Below are positions 39,690 through 50,481 of a DNA stretch of 64,000 nt, in pieces. The notes under the pieces are model-generated. The model did not search any database. It was not told the origin of the DNA and was given only the letters and a program-made list of their open reading frames with translations. Position 1 is the stretch's first letter, and each line of letters starts with the position of its first letter. The stretch is from Catajapyx aquilonaris (lineage: Eukaryota). Made by a program: the position numbers and the translations under genes. The stretch spans positions 1 through 64,000 of the forward strand of contig KZ538416.1 of the NCBI GenBank assembly GCA_000934665.2, written 5' to 3'.

Positions 39690-40611
39690 CATATAAACAA
39701 ACTTAAGCTAAGCTGAGTGTTGTGCAACTTTTTTCTCCTTTTTTCCGTATATTTCTACAAGAGCACAGATTTTTCAATTTCATATGAACAAACTTAAGCT
39801 AAGCTGATTTTTGTCCCAACTTTTTTCTTTCACTCTTCTCCTCTTTTCCATACATTACTACAAGAGCACAGGTTTTTCAATTTCATATAAACAAACTTAA
39901 GCTAAGCTGAGTGTTGTGCAACTTTTTTTTCCAATTTTTTCTCCTTTTTTCTGTATATTACTACAAGAGCACAGATTTTTCAATTTCATATGAACAAACT
40001 TAAGCTAAGCTGATTTTTGTCCAACTTTTTTCTTTCATTCTTCTCCTTTTTTCTGTATATTACTACAAGCTCGCAAGTTTTCATTTCATACCTAAACCAA
40101 CTTAAGATGATTATTGTCCAACCACTTTCAATTTTTCCTCCTCTTTTCCATACATTACTACAAGAGCACAGGTTTTTCAATTTCATATAAACAAACTTAA
40201 GCTAAGCTGATTTATGTCCAACTTTTTTTTCCAATTTTTTCTCCTTTTTTCTGTATATTACTACAAGAGCACAGGTTTTTCAATTCCATATAAACAAACT
40301 TAAGCTAAGCGGATTTGTGTCCAACATTATTTTCAATTTTTTCTCTTTTTTTCTGTACATTACTACAAGTGCAGAAGTTTCAATGTCATAAACAAACTTA
40401 AACTAAGATGACTGTTGTCAATTTTTTTTGCAACTTTTTTTTTCTCCCGATAACATTGATGACCATACTTATGTACTTATATATACAGAGTACACACTGA
40501 ACCTTCATCATCTAGTAAGGCTGACATACCCCCCATTATACTAACTTAAAAATAACAACCTTAAGCTTAGTTGTTGATAGAATTACATGCCAATCTTAGA
40601 AAAGTGAAACT

Positions 40612-41097
40612 TCATGCCATCATTTGCTTGTCCATTTGGTCTGCAATCATAACAGCAATGGCCAAAGAGGAAGTTGCACCTGGTGAAGGTGCATTCCTAC
40701 AGTGTAATAATCTCTTCCCAAGATCTCCCTTCCCAGAGTCAAATACAAAATCATCCACCAGGTTGCCCTGAGAGTCCATAGCTTGTGCCCTGACGCCTGA
40801 AGGACCCCTCTTTACATCATGCCTTTCAATCTCTGGTATGTAGCGCCTCAAGGCAGTGACCTGCATTTGGTAAAATGCTGATCGCATCACCTCATTAACT
40901 CCAAACCATGCATACTGGAGGGCCAGGCGCTGGAATCCTGGGAAGCGAACCATGTCCCAGACGTCTTTGGGGTCCACCTGGCCCCAGCTGTAGCCCTCTC
41001 GCTTCAAAGCAGGGACAGCATTTGGTCCCAGCCACACACTGCCATCCATGCGTGGGGTGAAGTGGACACCCAGAAAGGGAAATCGTGCATCTGGAAC
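40612..41097 (-). CDS. L2HGDH: L-2-hydroxyglutarate dehydrogenase, last exon
   Basis: VPDARFPFLGVHFTPRMDGSVWLGPNAV...GPSGVRAQAMD...LHCRNAPSPGATSSLAIA; acceptor TCAAG|GTT; TGA stop. Confidence 0.95.
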   Translation of the reverse strand, partial: VPDARFPFLGVHFTPRMDGSVWLGPNAVPALKREGYSWGQVDPKDVWDMVRFPGFQRLALQYAWFGVNEVMRSAFYQMQVTALRRYIPEIERHDVKRGPSGVRAQAMDSQGNLVDDFVFDSGKGDLGKRLLHCRNAPSPGATSSLAIAVMIADQMDKQMMA

Positions 41098-41374
41098 CTT
41101 GAGTTAGAAGGAGTGGAAAGAAAAAAGAAATATTAACATCTCTTGCTAAAGCTTCACTATTATAATCCAATTCACATGGCTCATGCAATTGTCAATTTAA
41201 CTTCTCTAACATAAAACAGGTGTCAAATATTTGATTTGAAATAAAAGTGCTTGTGGGTGTGTGGGTGTATGTGAGTGGGAGACGTGTGTGAAGCTTTAAA
41301 ATCACCCTGTGCAGTAAAAGTATATAAACTGCTTTGTAAAAAAGAAAAAAGAAACATAGCCAATTGTTTCTAAC

Positions 41375-41539
41375 CGGATAAATGTTTCCCTTGACGAGAT
41401 GTGCCTTCTCAGGTCTAAGCAGTAGGTATTCCCCTCGAAAAGGAACAATCTTAGGATCTCTGCTGCATCCAGACATCTCTGCTAGACGGTCAGAGTGAAG
41501 GCCTCCACAGGTCAATACATGGCTACATCTCACTGATTT
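41375..41539 (-). CDS. L2HGDH: L2HGDH internal exon
   Basis: [20 protein letters not shown]...[29 protein letters not shown] borders, phase 0. Confidence 0.93.
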
Positions 41540-42113
41540 CTGCCAAAGCAAGAGAAAATTGAATAGCCATAACCTATGACTCCTGTATTATTTGAGTGGC
41601 TGAGAAGCAGAGTGGTTCATGTCGAAATTCGGCCATTTTGAGTTGTTGCTTGCATGGCATTCCCCATGCCCAACTCTGTTTTGTAACTTGGCCTAAAGAC
41701 GTTTGTAATATTTGCTATCAAATTATTAAGTTAATGTGACTTACTTTTACCATGGCTGCAAAGGCAAGCCTAGAACTTAGCATGTGTTTATCTCAAAACG
41801 ATCTTTTTTGACATGAACCACTCTGCTTCTCAGCCACTCATTTGATAGACACCTGAATCTACTCTTACAACATTAAGAGGTATTATCACAGGCAAAATAA
41901 TGAAAACATTCATGTTGGTAAGGTCTAATAAGTTCACTGGAAAACATAAATATACAGGGTGCTTCTTACATACTAGCATGTCGCCCAGCACGCAGCATAC
42001 GCTATGGCAAAAAAAAAAAAAGTACAGGAGAGAAATGTCAAGAGACCAACTGGTATATGGTAGATGACCAGACACATTGGTGTGACACTTTTTTGTAGGA
42101 AGATCACCTGACA

Positions 42114-42200
42114 TGTACTATCGGCGCGGAAATGGTACGGACACTTGGGGGTAAGCTGACCATTGAAAAGTGTCTGTACCATTTCCGTGCCGATAGTACA
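42114..42200. mobile_element. Small palindromic MITE-like hairpin
   Basis: TGTACTATCGGCGCGGAAATGGTACGGACACTT...AAGTGTCTGTACCATTTCCGTGCCGATAGTACA. Confidence 0.65.
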
Positions 42201-42516
42201 CTCATGCACTGGCTGTGCTTATCTGCAGGTTTTGTAGCTGCAGTGATTCAATCAACTGCATATCAAAATCCTGCCCCCCCTCCTTTTGGTCCTGCACAAT
42301 TTACTGATAAGCTAAGTTTGCATTTTTGTGGACAGCTTCATCTATCAATATGCAATAATGTGCATTATAGGCATACAGCAGGCAGAAAACTTTGTGCATT
42401 AGTTGCAAAAGAGGTGGTTTGGCTGTAACAGACCCTGGTTACAACAGCGGTCCCTTGAAGTCTGTTATGTCTGGAGCAGCCCACGGACACTACCCCTACA
42501 GTCTGATCTTATCACC

Positions 42517-43733
42517 TGCCGGGGTGTTTTGCATGAGGTGCTCACCTGAGAGCGCCACGAGACCTCTCAGTGCTGGATTATGTGGCGACCCTACCGGACT
42601 AGGCTGAACTTTATAGGTACAAAAGGGAAGCGCTACATTGGGGGACCCAACATGGCCGCCGGCGACCATGTTGGGTCCCCCAATGTAGCCAGAGCTGCCA
42701 ACCCTACCCCCCAAAAATGAGGGGGAGGTAATGAAATAATGAGGGGGATTGGCCATCTGAGAGGGGGATTTTCATATAAAGTCAAAATCAAATTATAGGA
42801 ATGTTTCAGGCACATTTACTTACCAGGATATACTTTGTTATAGGTTACAGTAGCTTTTTTGGCTGTAAGAAGAACTTCCATAGGGGGTTTAAATGTGGCT
42901 GCATTTAAGTTTTCCACTTTGACAGTCATAATAGATGATAGTGTTCCAGTTAATGATAGGCTACCTCGAAATTCGGTCTTGTTTTTTTCTAATCATACTG
43001 AACACACGTTCCTCAGAAGCATTAGAGTGAGGTCAGCTCCATGGGCGTAGCCAGGATTTCGGTTAGGGGGGAGCAGGACGCAAATTGTGTCTGGGGATGT
43101 GTCTGGGGAGGGGGCGCAGGACCCGCCGCATGCGGAAATTTTTTCGGTTCAATGTCACAACCCTTCCTCGCGACCACAAATGGGGCAAAACGGGAGAGAT
43201 TTAGGGGGGGGGGGGGGCTGCCCCCCCCCCCNNNNNNNNNNNNNNNNNNNNNNNNNNNNNNNNNNNNNNNNNNNNNNNNNTGTGGTAGGTAGCGGGTAGT
43301 CTGTCGCGATTGGCTGGATCTTTCTTCCGCAGACTTACCACTTGAGTACACCTTGAAAAAGATGGCGGATAGCGAACGATGTAGCGCGGCTAGCGCCAAA
43401 TTCCCAGCCTGGTGGAGACACAGAAATGAAACTATCGCATCCATACAACTAGGGGGGAAGTGACACGGGGCTGAGTGAGGTAGTACTTGTACTAAATCTA
43501 ATAATTTAACGATATTCTCTACGGCGGGGGAAATAACCCTGCTTGCGGGGGGGCGGGGGAGAACACGTAAATGCGGGAGTCCCCCGCCCAATGCGGGAGG
43601 GTTGGCAGCTCTGATGTAGCGCTTCCCTTTTGTACCTATAAAGTTCAGCCTAGTCCGGTAGGGTCGCCACATAATCCAGCACTGAGAGGTCTCGTGGCGC
43701 TCTTAGGTGAGCACCCCATGCAAAACACCCTGG
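42517..43733. mobile_element. Element with ~120-bp terminal inverted repeats spanning an N gap
   Basis: GGGTGTTTTGCATG...AAAAGGGAAGCGCTACAT (~42522-42638) is inverted at ~43615-43730; gap at 43232-43280. Confidence 0.65.
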
Positions 43734-43928
43734 AAGGGGGTAGGTGGGAGTGACCTAACCTGAGTATTCTAAAACCATGGTCTGGGGTAAACAGTACAAG
43801 ATAAAAATTACTATGTGTCCTGGTTTTTAGATTAGTTACATAAAATTACAACTCAAAATATTATTTCATGATTAAAATGCTGATTTTTCAAAGATTGGAC
43901 CTGTTCGAGTTATTTTGCTGGTATTATA

Positions 43929-44586
43929 CAGGGTGATTCTCTCGAATGGAAACCCAAACATTCCTCAATAACTTTTTAACTATGGTATGGTTCCCGATGA
44001 AAATTTACTTATACTTACCTTGTACCATGCCAAACAAGGTCCGACTAAAGAATATACCAAAAGTGGTCCCGTCCAGCATTCAGGAATTTTTTAATGCGAG
44101 CCTGCATCTTTACCGAAGACTCCTGCCTACTGGCGGCGGGCATTGCCTCCATCTCCCGCCAGCCAAGCGCCGTGGGGGGGTTCACAACTAGCTGACGGTA
44201 GGTTACGAAACGAACGAAACGAAATAGTGGACCAATCAGAGCCCACTTGAGGATGACTAAAAGTGACTTTCACTCTTTGACTCTGATTGGTCCACTATTT
44301 CGTTTCGTTCGTTTCGTATGCTACCATCAGCTGAACCCCCCTACGGCGCTTGGCTGGCGGGAGATGGAGGCAATGCCCGCCGCCAGAGGCAGGAGTCTTC
44401 AGTAAAGATGCAGACTCGCATTAAAAAATTCGTGGGTGCTGGAGGGGACCACTTTTGGTATATTCTTTAGTCGGACCTTGTTTGGCATGGTACAAGGTAA
44501 GTACAAGTCAATTTTCATCGGGAACCATACCATAGTTAAAAAGTTATTGAGGAATGTTTGGGTTTCCATTCGAGAGAATCACCCTG
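43929..44586. mobile_element. Long palindromic Tc1/mariner-type MITE (TA TSD)
   Basis: TA|CAGGGTGATTCTCTCGAATGG...CCATTCGAGAGAATCACCCTG|TA with ~310-bp inverted arms. Confidence 0.9.
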
Positions 44587-44872
44587 TATATGACTTACAG
44601 AAAAGCCTTTTGTCATAAAAACCCCAAGGATTAGAGTACTTTTATGTAAATGTACAAACATTAATAGTCGCACTCCCACTGATTATATTATTATTATTAC
44701 GTATTCTACATTCTCACTCACTATTGACCCATTTGAGTTGAGAATTCAACCTGGAGGGAAGACATATTTTTTCATTCATTTTCTGGTAAAAGCAAGATTC
44801 ACCGTTACAATCACTCGTTAAACACTGAGGCTTCAATTATTTGAGATTGAATGTGACTGGTGCTCATTTTAA

Positions 44873-45708
44873 CCCTAATAAGACGGGCGTATCATATGCT
44901 GATACGCTGGCTTTAAAAAATTCTGCTGGCGAAACTATAGCGTTTTCCCCCTATGTAACATGGTTTCTGTGTGGGGCTTTTTAAATTTTCTCTCGCGTAA
45001 AAAATTGCGAGTTTTGGACTACATAATCGTGCATAAATAAACTGTATTAACCAGATTAACTTGAATGAAATCATCTTTTTGTGGTCGCTGAAAATAACTT
45101 CAAAAAAAAATCCGACCTTCATCGGCAAATTTTTGGCATACATAGTTGGACCCCCAAACCTCCTCAAGCGATTCCACCCTAAAATTAGTGCAAAAGATGA
45201 TTCAATAGTTTTAAAATAAATAATGTTCGTAAATGCCAATTAGAGGCTGGCGGGAGTCTGCGCACTTCAACGCCGGCCTCAGGCTGGCTGGTGGGCACAT
45301 GCTCCCCACGGCTTTTGAATGGCTGAATGTTTACATTCATGAAAGGTTGTTTGTTTATGACTGCTGCAAGTCTCGCAGTCCTGTGACGTAATTCATGCCA
45401 TGCGCTTATGAACTGCTTTGTTCAGTGGTGCCAAGGCTACATACCAATAATTTTTTGTCAAGCAGGCAGAGTGACAAAAAATTGGAGTAGGCGCGAATAA
45501 TACCCCACTCCGCCACCTTGTTGTGCATATGAGAGTTTCCACTGCATATGGAATGAGAGGAGGGACACATAGATGTCCTGAGGATCAAGCCTGGACACTA
45601 TACGATCTTATTCACTAGTGTTTTCAAGTCTCGACCCCCAAGTCCCAAAGAAAGCGAATTTTTTGCAGATACTTGCAAAAATGCGAAAAACCACCTGTCT
45701 TATTAGGG
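44873..45708. mobile_element. piggyBac-like non-autonomous element
   Basis: TTAA|CCCTAATAAGAC...GTCTTATTAGGG|TTAA. Confidence 0.8.
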
Positions 45709-45818
45709 TTAAAAGAAGCATGAGTCCTGCTCCTTTGATCTATGGGTTGAGCCTGCTTCTCTCTCAAATTCGTAACATTAACATGTATCTATTTTGTGTA
45801 GGCCATATTGTATTGCAA

Positions 45819-45871
<53 letters not shown>

Positions 45872-45873
<2 letters not shown>

Positions 45874-46207
45874 TTTACCCCGTGATGTCCCTTATGGGAG
45901 CTATAGGGGGGTGGCATACCACCATCAGTTTTCTGTATATATTTTCGCTTCATTCACCGGTGCAAGGAAACAGGGACAATGGGAAAGGATAGGGATTTTT
46001 GGGGAGGGAACATGGGTGCAAGGTGCAATGTCGTAGCTAATGGGCCATGTGCTGTTCCCCAGGAGGTTAGGTTGCCAGACACCACCTTTGTGCAGGTCAG
46101 AGACCCTCCTGGCGCAGGTGAAAGGAAAGTTCCCCAGGCGGGGATCGAACCTGGGGCCTTTCACTCAGCAAGCCGTGACGTTACCATCACGGCCACCACA
46201 CCTCCCC
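45872..46207 (-). mobile_element. tRNA-derived SINE family C (second copy ~60505-60822)
   Basis: Minus strand GGGGAGGTGTGGTGGCCGTGATGGTAACG...GGTTCGATCCC; adjacent (TTA)n tail; homologous body at 60505-60822. Confidence 0.7.
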
Positions 46208-46235
46208 TATTGCAAAAATATGGTGATTAACTCAC

Positions 46236-46436
46236 TCCTTGAGCTGATGTGACCCTGACAGGATACTTGTTGCCCAGCTGAGATCCTGGTGAGCTCTCTG
46301 AGAGCAGCCCAAAATCACACACCTCAAACCTCAGATGAAGCTTTCCGCCCTTTTCTTGAAAATCTTCGGCATATTGGCGAGTCACAAGCTGCCAGTCCAC
46401 TATCCCTGTCTTGGGTGACCATATTGCTTTCACTCC
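46236..46436 (-). CDS. L2HGDH: L2HGDH internal exon
   Basis: GVKAIWSPKTGIVDWQLVTRQYAEDFQEKGG...; TTTCAG acceptor, GTGAG donor. Confidence 0.93.
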
Positions 46437-46553
46437 CTGAAAAATAGCACAGGATATTATTTCTAAGTTTGGACACAGGATCAGTCACATCTGAACACCT
46501 GAAATATGAAATGATCAACCACAATTGCATGATTTTGAAATATGAAGGGTGCA

Positions 46554-46743
46554 CAGTGGCGGATCTATGGGGGGGGGGGGGGGGGATCCCCCCCCCCCCC
46601 CCCCNAATAATTGAATTTTACTTGCTTTTATCCGATGTGCTTAGAGTTTTTAAAAAAAATCGCCTGCGGCGGGCTTATTTTGTTTGGGGGGCGGCAACAA
46701 ACCCCCCCCCCCCCCCCAACAACGACGTCTAGATCCGCCACTG
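46554..46743. mobile_element. hAT-like MITE
   Basis: TIR CAGTGGCGGATCT / AGATCCGCCACTG; perfect 8-bp TSD AGGGTGCA. Confidence 0.85.
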
Positions 46744-47530
46744 AGGGTGCAAGTTTCCTTATGGTATCCTTTATTTTCAAAGATTTCTCTACAGGATTGT
46801 AATTGCTCCAGAAGAAAAAATTCTGACCTGACCGTCAGAAAGTATGTAACCTCAATTTTGATCTAAATGTGAATTTGGTTATTCGGCATTTCCAGTCTTC
46901 ATCTGTATTTGATAAAATTCTGGTCATTATTTAGAAAGTACCTGCAAAAACTATCAAAAACCTGCATGATTTACAAGGAAGACACTTCGACTATCTCTTA
47001 GGACTGACAGTGAGTGCAAGATGTTTGGCAAATATACAGTATATTCAAGAAGAAATCCATGCGAATTGTTAATTTCAGAAAGACATAACTTCTCCTTTCC
47101 TGGCCAGGTCAGCCACATTCCACATGACAGTACTGAACATTAAAATAAGCTACTTGTACTTTCATGCACTATTATGTACCTTTTACACCAAATAACTTTT
47201 TCTGAGAAGAAAAATTAGACCACAGAAATCCCCAGCTTCTTGGTCATTGACCTCTGCATCAATCCCAACAATTTTTACCAATGTCTTTCATAATTTCTCA
47301 CTGCTGTCATGTCCCAGAGCCAATTCTCCCTCCCAAATAACATTCCCCTTCACTATACTTCCAAATTGCCCTCCCCTATACCCATCCTCAAATTCATGGC
47401 TAATCTTTACACATGCATATGTATGGTATAAAACTGATCATTTAAATCAGTTCTGCTCATGTATGAGGGTTAACCAACTCTCTCAAACACTGTGTCACAA
47501 ACAATAGGCTTTGATAATTATGTAAGTTAC

Positions 47531-47814
47531 CTGACAGTAAGGCTCATAGTCTTTGATCTTGTCCTGGTCAATCAGTTCCAAATCAGGACAGTTGTTCTCT
47601 TGTCCCCTCTTGTATAGTTCCAACAATCCTGGCACTTCGTTATTGTCCACTGCAACTATGAGTTTCCCCACCTGTCTATATGGGATGTTCTTGGAGTCCA
47701 GGTACTTGTAGGAGCGGTGCAAACCCTCAACACAGAGCTTGGCCTTGAGGGAACCTGGCTTGTAGTAGATGCCAGCATGGATCACTCCACTATTGTTCCC
47801 ACTCTGATGTGCAC
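47531..47814 (-). CDS. L2HGDH: L2HGDH internal exon
   Basis: (G)AHQSGNNSGVIHAGIYYKPGSLKAKLCVEG...EPYCQ; GTGCAG acceptor, GTAAC donor. Confidence 0.95.
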
Positions 47815-47899
47815 CTGCACAAAAGCATTAGTTTTATTAAGCCATCCAGTGGATAATCTTTGGCTGATGGCTACATATTTTGGCAAAGCACAAAAGGAA

Positions 47900-48526
47900 G
47901 TCTAGACCCACTGCCTTACCATAATTATTTATCTCGGACCCCTGCCCTGGTTCAAATTGAATATCTTGAGGAACGACCTAACACAACTGATAAGTAGCAC
48001 TTCGACCGCGGACAAAAGGTCAAGGATGTCGGGAGTGTAGGGGGACGTACACTTTGTTGAGCAAGGCAATGGGTGGGATGCGAGGATTTTTGCACCTCAA
48101 GCTGTTATAGCACCATTGACACAGGCCAATTTGATTGCCAACCCTTGGAATCAGAATCATCTTGACGTCATCCGGGTAGTCGTTTGCCACATTTTTGAGC
48201 ATTTGTAGCATTCGGTCACAAACCTTGCAATGGTGATTAGTGGCCTGATTGATGTTACAGAGGAACGCGTCTTGTAGTGGAGTATGCCCAGTAACAGTGC
48301 TTTCAGAGGGCACTGAAGTGTCAGTTATGGCATCGTGACAGTTACTTCTCGATGCTGCAACGCTGATTCTATGGTGTAGAGACTGATACCACTGAATTTT
48401 TCTGACCTTGGAAGGCATTTTTGAGGTGAGAGGGTTGTTATTAAACTGAATGAAATTGGCTGAAGGCAACTCAGATGTATCCTGGACGGCAGACGGAACA
48501 ACGCAAATGCACGTGTTAGTATGCAC
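47900..48526 (-). pseudogene. Helitron/Helentron Rep-helicase N-terminal (DUF6570-like) fragment
   Basis: CKVCDR...LCQWCYNSLR..RIPPIALLNKVYVP, then after a frameshift PDILDLLSAVEVLLISCVRSFLKIFNL..GRG; this is the motif order I recall for Helitron DUF6570 regions. Confidence 0.55.
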
Positions 48527-49983
48527 TCACTAAAGAAAGAACATGGGGAGCGTAGCAATAACTTACTATTCTGTTTTTCACGGGCCCTGCGTGCAAGAAG
48601 GAAGAATAGAAAAAAGAAGCAAAGAATTTTTACACCACATGGACATTCAGTATTTCAATCCCGATGTGTGAAGAAAAACCAATGATTTCGCATCCGGCAC
48701 GGGTATTATTGGAAATTCCACTTGGAAACCCTAGCACATGGACGCTTATGACTTATGCCAATATATTCCTGGCCTACACTATATCTGCGATTTAATTTTC
48801 AGCAAATATTACATCATCCCTTGCTTGTCAAATAAGAATGGTAGCCTACTATAGTTAGGTTGGCAGAACTTGATTCAAAGAGTCATAAGTCCCTCCTCCC
48901 TTTTATCAGTTCTCTGCAGAGGCAGAGTGGTGCTATGGTATCACCTGCGTCCACCAATAGAAAGGTCCCGGGTTCAATCCCAAGCCCTGGTTTCCCTTTC
49001 TTATCTCATGTGGGGTTTAATGACTCTCCAGCTTTGTCTCAGGCGGAATTACTAATAGATTATAAACATCCAGGTGAACTCACTAACATGGTCCCTTACA
49101 ACACTGTACTTGCACCTTCACCATCCCTCCCTTACTCGTGGACTTGGACGTTACACAAAAGGGTTCACCATGTAATGCAAATGAAGGTCTGAGATAAATC
49201 ACTACTCAAATTGTTGTTATGTTACTATTAATAAGCTTTCTTGGATTGTAATGCACCTGTCTAGGCGTGAATGTGTGAACTTCGGTGTGCTGCCAGATCT
49301 ACTGCAGGACTCATTACCCCTATCACCCACATGCCAACCTCTAGATCTAGAATCTAGTCTAGATGAAAGTTTACCTCTCAGAAAAGTCAGAAATGACACC
49401 ATCTTGAGCAGAAATCAAGTGACATGTTGCATTCCTTTGCTAGGTCCAGATTAGTGAGTCCTACTCTAAAATGTATCCCAATGATAATGAAATTTGGGCA
49501 TCACTGTTTCATGCATTAAAAGTCCTTGATATTCTTCAATTAGCCCTATTAATGCTGAGAGCTTGGGACATAGCATGCAGTAGATAAATGATAGCATGAG
49601 CTAATAACTGAAGGGGTCGGTGCAATACTGCCCTAACCCACCAAATGACACAAATTGAGTTTCGCGCACTTCCATATACTACACTCAAATATCTAATAAA
49701 GTACACTGAGATTGTCCAGTTTCTGCCATTTGTCGACGAGAAATCAAACAATGTTTTTACTGCTGCAAGGTTATGAATCCCTTTTTGTCTGCAGCAAAAC
49801 CGCCCTAACCCTCCGTCTTCAAATATTGCAGCGCGCAGGATGCAGCTGCGAGCAGCTGTGTCTCACAAGTTGGGCTTAAATAGTGAGCTTTTGCCTGATG
49901 ACACCGATGTCGATGAGAGTACCTAAGATTCAGAGTTCGATCCTGATAATGATGATGTGCAAAGTAGTAGTCCATTGCAGCAA

Positions 49984-50034
<51 letters not shown>

Positions 50035-50481
50035 CGTAATTGGGTCATTCCATGTCAAGACAGACAACTTGGTGGCTCGACCATCTCATAATTTGATATA
50101 AAAATCATTGAAGTGTTGCCAAAAATAAAGTTAAGAGCCTCCCAGGTGAAAATCCCACGGAGATATGGCAACGTCTTTCAGCAACTGTGGAGCCGGATTC
50201 GAAGGTCCATTTATTTCAGGTGAAATTATTGTTGTACCCTCATGTTCATATTATATCAAATGAACTGTTGTGAGATGAGGAACATTTTGTGGCAACATGT
50301 TTAACCTAGATTGTAAAATAAAAATGCTAAAAAAATCGCATTATTGTGCAAAACGGACATATTTCACATGGTCGAATGTCATTGTTAAATACATGCTAAG
50401 CGTGTGGAATTAATATGGTAGGTACATTGCCATCTGATCATCAGTAGTCATTACTACTGCAGGACAACATCAAGGTCAAGC

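Larger units (their letters stand above)
36090..40440. repeat. ~100-bp (95-108) AT-rich tandem satellite, split by the LTR element
   Basis: TTACTACAAG starts at 36374, 36476, 36578, 36681, 36783, 36878 and 36986, and resumes after 39690; core CATATAAACAAACTTAAGCTAAGCTGA. Confidence 0.9.

Noticed and set aside
36090..40440. CRISPR-like array
   Set aside because: Eukaryotic context; monomers are similar along their whole length with no unique spacers; no cas genes.
43022..43672. 216-aa ORF
   Set aside because: Spans an N gap (43232-43280) and repeat sequence.
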